DNA from: Antedon mediterranea
Lineage: Eukaryota > Animalia > Echinodermata
Length of the DNA: 64,000 nt
Reading direction: 5' to 3'
Assembly: GCF_964355755.1 (NCBI RefSeq)
Contig: NC_092677.1
Location: 21,501,175-21,565,174, forward strand
The notes beneath the pieces were generated by a model, which was not told the DNA's origin, did not search any database, and worked only from the letters and a program-made list of their open reading frames with translations. This document shows positions 27,301 to 41,900 of this stretch, in pieces (positions within the stretch are counted from its first letter, which is position 1; the number at the start of each line of letters is the position of its first letter). A program made the translations under genes and the position numbers.

Positions 27301-29929
27301 TTCAAATCGCATTTTGAGACGTTTTAGACCATTTTGTGATTTTCGAAAAAACTTGTTAACATAAAAACACCAAAGTGCTTAGAAAATCTTCAAATCGCAT
27401 TTGGAGACGTTTAAGACCATTTTGTTCATTTCGATGAAACTTGGTTACACAAAAACATCAAAGAGCACAAAAGAGCTTAATATCGTATTTAAAAACGTTT
27501 TAGACCATTTTGAGCATTTCGACAAAACTTTTTCACACAAAACATCAAAGTGTAGAGAATAGCTTTAAATCGCATTTGGAGACGTTTTGACCATTTTCTG
27601 GTTTTCGAAAAAACTTGTTAACATAAAAACACAAAAGAGCTAAGAATAGCTTCAAATCGCATTTGGAGACGTTTTAGATCCTTTTGTGCATTTCGATGAA
27701 ACTTGGTTACACAAAAACATCAAAGTGCTTAAAATCACATTAGAAACCGTTTTAGACCATTTTGAGCATTTCGATAAAACTTTTCACACAAAAACATCAA
27801 AGTCCACAAAATAGCTTAATATCGTATTTAAAAACGTTTTAGACCATTTTGAGCATTTCGAAAAAACTTTTTCACACAAAACATCAAAGTTTACAAAATA
27901 GCTTCAAATCGCCTTTGGAGACGTTTTAGACCATTTTGTGATTTTCGAAAAAACTTGTTAACATAAAAACACCAAAGTGCTCAGAATACCTTCACATCGC
28001 ATTTTGAGACGGTTTAGACCATTTTGTGATTTTCGAAAGAACTTGTTAACATAAAACCACCAAAGTGCTTAGAAAAGCTTCAAATCGCATTTGGAGACGT
28101 TTTAGACCATTTTGTGCATTTAGATGAAACTTGGTTACACAAAAACATCAAAGTGCTTAAAATCACATTTTGACCATTTCGTTAAAACTTTTCACACAAA
28201 AACATCAAAGAGTAAAAAATAGCTTAATATCGTATTTAAAAACGTTTTAGACCATTTTGAGCAATTCGACAAAACTTTTTCTCACAAAACATCAAAGTGT
28301 ACAGAATAGCTTCAAATCGCATTTGGAGACGTTTTAGACCATTTTGTAGTTTTCGTAAAAACTTGTTAACATAAAAAGACAAAAGAGCTTCAAATCGCAT
28401 TTGGAGACGTTTTAGACCCTTTTGTGCATTTCGATGAAACTTGGTTACACAAAAACATCAAACTGCTTAAAATCACATTAGAAACCGTTTTAGACCATTT
28501 TGAGCATTTCGTTAAAACTTTTCACACAAAAACATCAAAGTCCACAAAATAGCTTCATATCGTATTTAAAAACGTTTTAGACCATTTTGAGCATTTCGAA
28601 AAAACTTTTTCACACAAAACATCAAAGTTTACAAAATAGCTTCAAATCGCATTTGGAGACGTTTTAGACCATTTTGTGATTTTCGAAAAAAATTGTTAAC
28701 ATAAAAACACCAAAGTGCTCAGAATACCTTCAAATCGCATTTTGAGAAGTTTTAGACCATTTTGTGATTTTCGAAAAAACTTGTTAACATAAAAACACCA
28801 AAGTGCTCAGAATACCTTCAAATCGTATTTTGAGACGTTTTAGACCATTTTGTGATTTTCGAAAAAACTTGTTAACATAAAAACACCAAAGTGCTTAGAA
28901 AAGCTTCAAATCGCATTTGGAGACGTTTTAGACCATTTTGTTCATTTCGATTAAACTTGGTTGCACAAAAACATCAAAGAGCACAAAAGAGCTTAATATC
29001 GTATTTAAAAACGTTTTAGACCATTTTGAGCATTTCGACAAAACTTTTTCAAACAAAACATCAAAGTGTACAGAATAGCTTTAAATCGCATTTGGAGACG
29101 TTTTAGACCATTTTGTAGTTTTCGAAAAAACTTCTTAACATAAAAACACAAAAGAGCTTCAAATCGCATTTGGAGACGTTTTAGACCCTTTTGTGCATTT
29201 CGATGAAACTTGGTTACACAAAAACATCAAAGTGCTTAAAATCACATTAGAAACCGTTTTAGACCATTTTGAGCATTTCGTTAAAACTTTTCAGAAAAAA
29301 ACATCAAAGTCCACAAAATAGCTTAATATCGTATTTAAAAACGTTTTAGACCATTTTGAGCATTTCGAAAAAACTTTTTCACACAAAACATCAAAGTTTA
29401 CAAAATAGCTTCAAATCGCATTTGGAGACGTTTTAGACCATTTTGTGATTTTCGAAAAAACTTGTTAACATAAAAACACCAAAGTGCTTAGAAAATCTTC
29501 AAATCGCATTTGGAGACGTTTAAGACCATTTTGTGCATTTCGAAGAAACTTGGTTACACAAAAACATCAAACTGCTTAAAATCACATTAGAAACCGTTTT
29601 AGACCATTTTGAGCATTTCGTTAAAACTTTTCACACAAAAACATCAAAGTCCACAAAATAGCTTCATATCGTATTTAAAAACGTTTTAGACCATTTTGAG
29701 CATTTCGAAAAAACTTTTTCACACAAAACATCAAAGTTTACAAAATAGCTTCAAAACGCATTTGGAGACGTTTTAGACCATTTTGTGATTTTCGAAAAAA
29801 ATTGTTAACATAAAAACACCAAAGTGCTCAGAATACCTTCAAATCGCATTTTGAGAAGTTTTAGACCATTTTGTGATTTTCGAAAAAACTTGTTAACATA
29901 AAAACACCAAAGTGCTCAGAATACCTTCA

Positions 29930-32900
29930 AATCGCATTTGGAGACGTTATAGACCATTTTGTGATTTTCGAAAAAACTTGTTAACATAAAAACACCAAAG
30001 TGCTCAGAAAAGCTTCAAATCGCATTTGGAGACGTTTTAAACCATTTTGTTCATTTCGATGAAACTTGGTTACACAAAAATATCAAAGAGCACAAAAGTA
30101 TTTAAAAACGTTTTAGACCATTTTGAGCATTCCGACAAAACTTTTTCACACAAAACATCAAAGTGTACAGAATAGCTTTAAATCGCATTTGGAGACGTTT
30201 TAGACCATTTTGTAGTTTTCGAAAAAACTTGTTAACATAAAAACACAAAAGAGCTTCAAATCGCATTTGGAGACGTTTTAGACCCTTTTGTGCATTTCGA
30301 TGAAACTTGGTTACACAAAAACATCAAAGTGCTTAAAATCACATTAGAAACCGTTTTAGACCATTTTGAGCATTTCGTTAAAACTTTTCATACAAAAACA
30401 TCAAAGTCCACAAAATAGCTTAATATCGTATTCAAAAACGTTTTAGACCATTTTGAGCATTTCGAAAAAACTTTTCCACACGAAACATCAAAGTTTACAA
30501 AATAGCTTCAAATCGCATTTGGAGACGTTTTAGACCATTTTGTGATTTTCGAAAAAACTTGATAACATAAAAACACCAAAGTGCTCAGAATACCTTCAAA
30601 TCGTGTTTTGAGACGTTTTAGACCATTTTGTAATTTTCGAAAAAACTTGTTAACATAAAAACACCAAAGTGCTCAGAATACCTTCACATCGAATTTTGAG
30701 ACGTTTTAGACCATTTTGTGATTTTCGAAAAAACTTGTTAACATAAAAACACCAAAGTGCTTAGAAAAGCTTGAAATCGCATTTGGAGACGTTTTAGACC
30801 ATTTTGTGCATTTCGATGAAACTTGGTTACACAAAAACATCAAAGTGCTTAAAATCACATTTTGAGCATTTCGTTAAAACTTTTCACACAAAAACATCAA
30901 AGTCCACAAAATAGCTTAATATCGTATTTAAAAACGTTTTAGACCATTTTGAGCATTTCGAAAAAACTTTTCCACACAAAACATCAAAGTTTACAAAATA
31001 GCTTTAAATCGCATTTGGAGACGTTTTAGACCATTTTGTTCATTTCGATGAAACAAAAACACAAAAACATCAAATTGCACAAAATGGCTTAATATGATAT
31101 GGGAAAACGTTTTAGACCATTTTGAACATTTCGTTAAAAGTTTTCACAAAAAAACATCAAAGTCCACAAAATAGCTTAATATCGTATTTAAAACCGTTTT
31201 AGACCATTTTGAGCATTTCGAAAAAACTTTTTCACACAAAACATCAAAGTTTACAAAATAGCTTCAAATCGCATTTGGAGACGTTTTAGACCATTTTGTG
31301 ATTTTCGAAAAAACTTGTTAACATAAAAACACCAAAGTGCTCAGAATACCTTCAAATCGCATTTTGAGACGTTTTAGACCATTTTGTGATTTTCGAAAAA
31401 ACTTGTTAACATAAAAATACCAAAGTGCTCAGAATACCTTCAAATCGTGTTTTGAGACGTTTTAAACCATTTTGTGATTTTCGAAAAAACTTAACATAAA
31501 AACACCAAAGTGCTCAGAATACCTTCAAATCGCATTTGGAGACGTTTTAGACCATTTTGTGATTTTGGAAAAAACTTGTTAACATAAAAACACCAAAGTG
31601 CTTAGAAAAGCTTCAAATCGCATTTGGAGACGTTTTAGACCCTTTTGTGCATTTCGATGAAACTTGGTTACACAAAAACATCAAAGTGCTTAAAATCACA
31701 GTAGAAACCGTTTTAGACCATTTTGAGCATTTCGTTAAAATTTTTCACAGAAAAACATCAAAGAGCAGAAAATAGCTTAATATCGTATTTAAAAACGTTT
31801 TAGACCATTTTGAGCATTTCGACAAAACTTTTTCACACAAAACATCAAAGTGTACAGATAAGCTTCAAATCGCATTTGGAGACGTTTTAAACCATTTTGA
31901 GCATTTCGATAAAATTTTACACACAAAAACATCAAAGTGCACAAAATAGCTTAATATGGTATTTAAAAACGTTTTAGACCATTTTGAGCATTTCAACAAA
32001 ACTTTTTCTCACAAAACATCAAAGTGTACAGAATAGCTTCAAATCGCATTTGGAGACGTTTTAGACCATTTTGTGCATTTCGATGAAACTTGGTTACACA
32101 AAAACATCAAAGTGCTTAAAATCACATTTTGAGCATTTCGTTAAAACTTTTCACACAAAAACATCAAAGTCCACAAAATAGCTTAATATCGTATTTAAAA
32201 ACGTTTTAGACCATTTTGAGCATTTCGAAAAAACTTTTTCACACAAAACATCAAAGTTTACAAAATAGCTTCAAATCGCATTTGGAGACGTTATAGACCA
32301 TTTTGTGATTTTCGAAAAAACTTGTTAACATAAAAACACCAAAGTGCTCAGAATACCTTCAAATCGCATTTTGAGACGTTTTAGACCATTTTGTGATTTT
32401 CGAAAAAACTTGTTAACATAAAAACACCAAAGTGCTCAGAATACCTTCAAATCGTGTTTTGAGACGTTTTAGACCATTTTGTGATTTTGGAAAAACTTGT
32501 TAACATAAAAACACCAAAGTGCTCAGAATACCTTCAAATCGCATTTGGAGACGTTTTAGAGCATTTTGTGATTTTCGAAAAAACTTGTTAACATAAAAAC
32601 ACCAAAGTGCTTAGAAAAGCTTGAAATCGCATTTGGAGACGTTTTAGACCATTTTGTGCATTTCGATGAAACTTGGTTACACAAAAACATCAAAGTGCTT
32701 AAAATCACATTTTGAGCATTTCGTTAAAACTTTTCACACAAAAACATCAAAGAGTAAAAAATAGCTTAATATCGTATTTAAAAACGTTTTAGACCATTTT
32801 GAGCATTTCGACAAAATTTTTTCACACAAAACATCAAAGTGTACAGAATAGCTTTAAATCGCATTTGGAGACGTTTTAGACCATTTTGTTCATTTCGATG

Positions 32901-35900
32901 AAACAAAAACACAAAAACATCAAATTGCACAAAATGGCTTAATATGATATGGGAAAACGTTTTAGACCATTTTGAACATTTCGTTAAAAGTTTTCACACA
33001 AAAACATCAAAGTCCACAAAATAGCTTAATATCGTATTTAAAAACGTTTTAGACCAATTTGAGCATTTCGAAAAAACTTTTTCACACAAAACATCAAAGT
33101 TTACAAAATAGCTTCAAATCGCATTTGGAGACGTTATAGACCATTTTGTGATTTTCGAAAAAACTTGTTAACATAAAAACACCAAAGTTCTCAGAATACC
33201 TTCAAATCGCATTTTGAGACGTTTTAGACCATTTTATGATTTTCGAAAAAACTTGTTAACATAAAAACACCAAAGTGCTCAGAATACCTTCAAATCGTGT
33301 TTTGAGACGTTTTAGACCATTTTGTGATTTTCGAAAAAACTTAACATAAAAACACCAAAGTGCTCAGAATACCTTCAAATCGCATTTGGAGACGTTTTAG
33401 ACCATTTTGTGATTTTCGAAAAAACTTGTTAACATAAAAACACCAAAGTGCTCAGAATACCTTCAAATCGTATTTTGAGACGTTTTAGACAATTTTGTGA
33501 TTTTCGAAAAAACTTGTTAACATAAAAACACCAAAGTGCTTAGAAAAGCTTGAAATCGCATTTGGAGACGTTTTAGACCATTTTGTGCATTTCGATGAAA
33601 CTTGGTTACACAAAAACATCAAAGTGCTTAAAATCACATTTTGAGCATTTCGTTAAAACTTTTCACACAAAAACATCAAAGAGTAAAAAATAGCTTAATA
33701 TCGTATTTAAAAACGTTTTAGACCATTTTGAGCATTTCGACAAAATTTTTTCACACAAAACATCAAAGTGTACAGAATAGCTTTAAATCGCATTTGGAGA
33801 CGTTTTAGACCATTTTGTTCATTTCGATGAAACAAAAACACAAAAACATCAAATTGCACAAAATGGCTTAATATGATATGGGAAAACGTTTTAGACCATT
33901 TTGAACATTTCGTTAAAAGTTTTCACACAAAAACATCAAAGTCCACAAAATAGCTTAATATCGTATTTAAAAACGTTTTAGACCAATTTGAGCATTTCGA
34001 AAAAACTTTTTCACACAAAACATCAAAGTTTACAAAATAGCTTCAAATCGCATTTGGAGACGTTATAGACCATTTTGTGATTTTCGAAAAAACTTGTTAA
34101 CATAAAAACACCAAAGTGCTCAGAATACCTTCAAATCGCATTTTGAGACGTTTTAGACCATTTTATGATTTTCGAAAAAACTTGTTAACATAAAAACACC
34201 AAAGTGCTCAGAATACCTTCAAATCGTGTTTTGAGACGTTTTAGACCATTTTGTGATTTTCGAAAAAACTTAACATAAAAACACCAAAGTGCTCAGAATA
34301 CCTTCAAATCGCATTTGGAGACGTTTTAGACCATTTTGTGATTTTCGAAAAAACTTGTTAACATAAAAACACCAAAGTGCTCAGAATACCTTCAAATCGT
34401 ATTTTGAGACGTTTTAGACAATTTTGTGATTTTCGAAAAAACTTGTTAACATAAAAACACCAAAGTGCTTAGAAAAGCTTGAAATCGCATTTGGAGACGT
34501 TTTAGACCATTTTGTGCATTTCGATGAAACTTGGTTACACAAAAACATCAAAGTGCTTAAAATCACATTTTGAGCATTTCGTTAAAACTTTTCACACAAA
34601 AACATCAAAGAGTAAAAAATAGCTTAATATCGTATTTAAAAACGTTTTAGACCATTTTGAGCATTTCGACAAAATTTTTTCAAACAAAACATCAAAGTGT
34701 ACAGAATAGCTTTAAATCGCATTTGGAGACGTTTTAGACCATTTTGTTCATTTCGATGAAACAAAAACACAAAAACATCAAATTGCACAAAATGGCTTAA
34801 TATGATATGGGAAAACGTTTTAGACCATTTTGAACATTTCTTTAAAAGTTTTCACACAAAAACATCAAAGTCCACAAAATAGCTTAATATCGTATTTAAA
34901 AACGTTTTAGACCATTTTGAGCATTTCGAAAAAACTTTTTCACACAAAACATCAAAGTTTACAAAATAGCTTCAAATCGCATTTGGAGACGTTATAGACC
35001 ATTTTGTGATTTTCGAAAAAACTTGTTAACATAAAAACACCAAAGTGCTCAGAATACCTTCACATCGCATTTTGAGACGTTTTAGACCATTTTGTGATTT
35101 TCGAAAAAACTTGTTAACATAAAAACACCAAAGTGCTTAGAAAAGCTTGGAATCGCATTTGGAGACGTTTTAGACCATTTTGAGCATTTCGATGAAACTT
35201 GGTTACACAAAAACATCAAAGTGCTTAAAATCACATTTTGAGCATTTCGTTAAAACTTTTCACACAAAAACATCAAAGAGTAAAAAATAGCTTAATATCG
35301 TATTTAAAAACGTTTTAGACCATTTTGAGCATTTCGACAAAATTTTTTCAAACAAAACATCAAAGTGTACAGAATAGCTTTAAATCGCATTTGGAGACGT
35401 TTTAGACCATTTTGTTCATTTCGATGAAACAAAAACACAAAAACATCAAATTGCACAAAATGGCTTAATATGATATGGGAAAACGTTTTAGACCATTTTG
35501 AACATTTCGTTAAAAGTTTTCACACAAAAACATCAAAGTCCACAAAATAGCTTAATATCGTATTTAAAAACGTTTTAGACCAATTTGAGCATTTCGAAAA
35601 AACTTTTTCACACAAAACATCAAAGTTTACAAAATAGCTTCAAATCGCATTTGGAGACGTTATAGACCATTTTGTGATTTTCGAAAAAACTTGTTAACAT
35701 AAAAACACCAAAGTTCTCAGAATACCTTCAAATCGCATTTTGAGACGTTTTAGACCATTTTATGATTTTCGAAAAAACTTGTTAACATAAAAACACCAAA
35801 GTGCTCAGAATACCTTCAAATCGTGTTTTGAGACGTTTTAGACCATTTTGTGATTTTCGAAAAAACTTAACATAAAAACACCAAAGTGCTCAGAATACCT

Positions 35901-38900
35901 TCAAATCGCATTTGGAGACGTTTTAGACCATTTTGTGATTTTCGAAAAAACTTGTTAACATAAAAACACCAAAGTGCTCAGAATACCTTCAAATCGTATT
36001 TTGAGACGTTTTAGACAATTTTGTGATTTTCGAAAAAACTTGTTAACATAAAAACACCAAAGTGCTTAGAAAAGCTTGAAATTGCATTTGGAGACGTTTT
36101 AGACCATTTTGTGCATTTCGATGAAACTTGGTTACACAAAAACATCAAAGTGCTTAAAATCACATTTTGAGCATTTCGTTAAAACTTTTCACACAAAAAC
36201 ATCAAAGAGTAAAAAATAGCTTAATATCGTATTTAAAAACGTTTTAGACCATTTTGAGCATTTCGACAAAATTTTTTCACACAAAACATCAAAGTGTACA
36301 GAATAGCTTTAAATCGCATTTGGAGACGTTTTAGACCATTTTGTTCATTTCGATGAAACAAAAACACAAAAACATCAAATTGCACAAAATGGCTTAATAT
36401 GATATGGGAAAACGTTTTAGACCATTTTGAACATTTCGTTAAAAGTTTTCACACAAAAACATCAAAGTCCACAAAATAGCTTAATATCGTATTTAAAAAC
36501 GTTTTAGACCAATTTGAGCATTTCGAAAAAACTTTTTCACACAAAACATCAAAGTTTACAAAATAGCTTCAAATCGCATTTGGAGACGTTATAGACCATT
36601 TTGTGATTTTCGAAAAAACTTGTTAACATAAAAACACCAAAGTGCTCAGAATACCTTCAAATCGCATTTTGAGACGTTTTAGACCATTTTATGATTTTCG
36701 AAAAAACTTGTTAACATAAAAACACCAAAGTGCTCAGAATACCTTCAAATCGTGTTTTGAGACGTTTTAGACCATTTTGTGATTTTCGATGAAACTTGGT
36801 TACACAAAAACATCAAACAGCACAAAAGATCTTAATATCGTATTTAAAAACGTTTTAGACCATTTTGAGCATTTCGAAAAAACTTTTTCACACAAAACAT
36901 CAAAGTTTACAAAATAGCTTCAAATCGCATTTGGAGACGTTATAGACCATTTTGTGATTTTCGAAAAAACTTGTTAACATAAAAACACCAAAGTGCTCAG
37001 AATACCTTCAAATCGTATTTTGAGACGTTTTAGACAATTTTGTGATTTTCGAAAAAACTTGTTAACATAAAAACACCAAAGTGCTTAGAAAAGCTTGAAA
37101 TCGCATTTGGAGACGTTTTAGACCATTTTGTGCATTTCGATGAAACTTGGTTACACAAAAACATCAAAGTGCTTAAAATCACATTTTGAGCATTTCGTTA
37201 AAACTTTTCACACAAAAACATCAAAGAGTAAAAAATAGCTTAATATCGTATTTAAAAACGTTTTAGACCATTTTGAGCATTTCGACAAAATTTTTTCAAA
37301 CAAAACATCAAAGTGTACAGAATAGCTTTAAATCGCATTTGGAGACGTTTTAGACCATTTTGTTCATTTCGATGAAACAAAAACACAAAAACATCAAATT
37401 GCACAAAATGGCTTAATATGATATGGGAAAACGTTTTAGACCATTTTGAACATTTCTTTAAAAGTTTTCACACAAAAACATCAAAGTCCACAAAATAGCT
37501 TAATATCGTATTTAAAAACGTTTTAGACCATTTTGAGCATTTCGAAAAAACTTTTTCACACAAAACATCAAAGTTTACAAAATAGCTTCAAATCGCATTT
37601 GGAGACGTTATAGACCATTTTGTGATTTTCGAAAAAACTTGTTAACATAAAAACACCAAAGTGCTCAGAATACCTTCACATCGCATTTTGAGACGTTTTA
37701 GACCATTTTGTGATTTTCGAAAAAACTTGTTAACATAAAAACACCAAAGTGCTTAGAAAAGCTTGGAATCGCATTTGGAGACGTTTTAGACCATTTTGAG
37801 CATTTCGATGAAACTTGGTTACACAAAAACATCAAAGTGCTTAAAATCACATTTTGAGCATTTCGTTAAAACTTTTCACACAAAAACATCAAAGAGTAAA
37901 AAATAGCTTAATATCGTATTTAAAAACGTTTTAGACCATTTTGAGCATTTCGACAAAATTTTTTCACACAAAACATCAAAGTGTACAGAATAGCTTTAAA
38001 TCGCATTTGGAGACGTTTTAGACCATTTTTTTGTTCATTTCGATGAAACAAAAACACAAAAACATCAAATTGCACAAAATGGCTTAATATGATATGGGAA
38101 AACGTTTTAGACCATTTTGAACATTTCGTTAAAACTTTTCACACAAAAACATCAAAGTCCACAAAATAGCTTAATATCGTATTTAAAAACGTTTTAGACC
38201 ATTTTGAGAATTTCGAAAAAACTTTTTCACACAAAACATCAAAGTTTACAAAATAGCTTCAAATCGCATTTGGAGACATTTTAGACCATTTTGTGATTTT
38301 CGAAAAAACTTGTTAACATAAAAACACCAAAGTGCTCAGAATACCTTCAAATCGCATTTTGAGACGTTTTAGACCATTTTGTGATTTTCGAAAAAACTTG
38401 TTAACATAAAAACACCAAAGTGCTTAGAAAAGCTTCAAATCGCATTTGGAGACGTTTTAGACCATTTTGTTCATTTCGATGAAACTTGGTTACACAAAAA
38501 CATCAAACAGCACAAAAGATCTTAATATCGTATTTAAAAACGTTTTAGACCATTTTGAGCATTTCGAAAAAACTTTTTCACACAAAACATCAAAGTTTAC
38601 AAAATAGCTTCAAATCGCATTTGGAGACGTTATAGACCATTTTGTGATTTTCGAAAAAACTTGTTAACATAAAAACACCAAAGTGCTCAGAATACCTTCA
38701 AATCGCATTTTGAGACGTTTTAGACCATTTTGTGATTTTCGAAAAAACTTGTTAACATAAAAACACCAAAGTGCTTAGAAAAGCTTGAAATCGCATTTGG
38801 AGACGTTTTAGACCATTTTGTGCATTTCGATGAAACTTGGTTACACAAAAACATCAAAGTGCTTAAAATCACATTTTGAGCATTTCGTTAAAACTTTTCA

Positions 38901-41900
38901 CACAAAAACATCAAAGAGTAAAAAATAGCTTAATATCGTATTTAAAAACGTTTTAGACCATTTTGAGCATTTCGACAAAATTTTTTCAAACAAAACATCA
39001 AAGTGTACAGAATAGCTTTAAATCGCATTTGGAGACGTTTTAGACCATTTTGTTCATTTCGATGAAACAAAAACACAAAAACATCAAATTGCACAAAATG
39101 GCTTAATATGATATGGGAAAACGTTTTAGACCATTTTGAACATTTCGTTAAAAGTTTTCACACAAAAACATCAAAGTCCACAAAATAGCTTAATATCGTA
39201 TTTAAAAACGTTTTAGACCAATTTGAGCATTTCGAAAAAACTTTTTCACACAAAACATCAAAGTTTACAAAATAGCTTCAAATCGCATTTGGAGACGTTA
39301 TAGACCATTTTGTGATTTTCGAAAAAACTTGTTAACATAAAAACACCAAAGTTCTCAGAATACCTTCAAATCGCATTTTGAGACGTTTTAGACCATTTTA
39401 TGATTTTCGAAAAAACTTGTTAACATAAAAACACCAAAGTGCTCAGAATACCTTCAAATCGTGTTTTGAGACGTTTTAGACCATTTTGTGATTTTCGAAA
39501 AAACTTAACATAAAAACACCAAAGTGCTCAGAATACCTTCAAATCGCATTTGGAGACGTTTTAGACCATTTTGTGATTTTCGAAAAAACTTGTTAACATA
39601 AAAACACCAAAGTGCTCAGAATACCTTCAAATCGTATTTTGAGACGTTTTAGACAATTTTGTGATTTTCGAAAAAACTTGTTAACATAAAAACACCAAAG
39701 TGCTTAGAAAAGCTTGAAATTGCATTTGGAGACGTTTTAGACCATTTTGTGCATTTCGATGAAACTTGGTTACACAAAAACATCAAAGTGCTTAAAATCA
39801 CATTTTGAGCATTTCGTTAAAACTTTTCACACAAAAACATCAAAGAGTAAAAAATAGCTTAATATCGTATTTAAAAACGTTTTAGACCATTTTGAGCATT
39901 TCGACAAAATTTTTTCACACAAAACATCAAAGTGTACAGAATAGCTTTAAATCGCATTTGGAGACGTTTTAGACCATTTTGTTCATTTCGATGAAACAAA
40001 AACACAAAAACATCAAATTGCACAAAATGGCTTAATATGATATGGGAAAACGTTTTAGACCATTTTGAACATTTCGTTAAAAGTTTTCACACAAAAACAT
40101 CAAAGTCCACAAAATAGCTTAATATCGTATTTAAAAACGTTTTAGACCAATTTGAGCATTTCGAAAAAACTTTTTCACACAAAACATCAAAGTTTACAAA
40201 ATAGCTTCAAATCGCATTTGGAGACGTTATAGACCATTTTGTGATTTTCGAAAAAACTTGTTAACATAAAAACACCAAAGTGCTCAGAATACCTTCAAAT
40301 CGCATTTTGAGACGTTTTAGACCATTTTATGATTTTCGAAAAAACTTGTTAACATAAAAACACCAAAGTGCTCAGAATACCTTCAAATCGTGTTTTGAGA
40401 CGTTTTAGACCATTTTGTGATTTTCGATGAAACTTGGTTACACAAAAACATCAAACAGCACAAAAGATCTTAATATCGTATTTAAAAACGTTTTAGACCA
40501 TTTTGAGCATTTCGAAAAAACTTTTTCACACAAAACATCAAAGTTTACAAAATAGCTTCAAATCGCATTTGGAGACGTTATAGACCATTTTGTGATTTTC
40601 GAAAAAACTTGTTAACATAAAAACACCAAAGTGCTCAGAATACCTTCAAATCGCATTTTGAGACGTTTTAGACCATTTTGTGATTTTCGAAAAAACTTGT
40701 TAACATAAAAACACCAAAGTGCTTAGAAAAGCTTGAAATCGCATTTGGAGACGTTTTAGACCATTTTGTGCATTTCGATGAAACTTGGTTACACAAAAAC
40801 ATCAAAGTGCTTAAAATCACATTTTGAGCATTTCGTTAAAACTTTTCACACAAAAACATCAAAGAGTAAAAAATAGCTTAATATCGTATTTAAAAACGTT
40901 TTAGACCATTTTGAGCATTTCGACAAAATTTTTTCAAACAAAACATCAAAGTGTACAGAATAGCTTTAAATCGCATTTGGAGACGTTTTAGACCATTTTG
41001 TTCATTTCGATGAAACAAAAACACAAAAACATCAAATTGCACAAAATGGCTTAATATGATATGGGAAAACGTTTTAGACCATTTTGAACATTTCGTTAAA
41101 AGTTTTCACACAAAAACATCAAAGTCCACAAAATAGCTTAATATCGTATTTAAAAACGTTTTAGACCAATTTGAGCATTTCGAAAAAACTTTTTCACACA
41201 AAACATCAAAGTTTACAAAATAGCTTCAAATCGCATTTGGAGACGTTATAGACCATTTTGTGATTTTCGAAAAAACTTGTTAACATAAAAACACCAAAGT
41301 TCTCAGAATACCTTCAAATCGCATTTTGAGACGTTTTAGACCATTTTATGATTTTCGAAAAAACTTGTTAACATAAAAACACCAAAGTGCTCAGAATACC
41401 TTCAAATCGTGTTTTGAGACGTTTTAGACCATTTTGTGATTTTCGAAAAAACTTAACATAAAAACACCAAAGTGCTCAGAATACCTTCAAATCGCATTTG
41501 GAGACGTTTTAGACCATTTTGTGATTTTCGAAAAAACTTGTTAACATAAAAACACCAAAGTGCTCAGAATACCTTCAAATCGTATTTTGAGACGTTTTAG
41601 ACAATTTTGTGATTTTCGAAAAAACTTGTTAACATAAAAACACCAAAGTGCTTAGAAAAGCTTGAAATTGCATTTGGAGACGTTTTAGACCATTTTGTGC
41701 ATTTCGATGAAACTTGGTTACACAAAAACATCAAAGTGCTTAAAATCACATTTTGAGCATTTCGTTAAAACTTTTCACACAAAAACATCAAAGAGTAAAA
41801 AATAGCTTAATATCGTATTTAAAAACGTTTTAGACCATTTTGAGCATTTCGACAAAATTTTTTCACACAAAACATCAAAGTGTACAGAATAGCTTTAAAT

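Larger units (their letters stand above)
9950..29930 (+). repeat. HOR variant domain B (forward)
   Basis: Diagnostic variants TTGGTGACG, CAAAGCTTTTT, CTGTTCACAC, CGTTCTAGACC, GTTTAAGACC, GATCCTTTTG, TTGAGAAGTT and TTTCAGACAA occur here. Several of them also occur in 1-1150. Boundaries are approximate. Confidence 0.7.

Noticed and set aside
38021-38035. T7 run instead of T4, and other one-off 1-bp indels (~9881, ~26471, ~27589)
   Set aside because: These are mostly homopolymer-associated singletons that cannot be told apart from sequencing or consensus error without reads.
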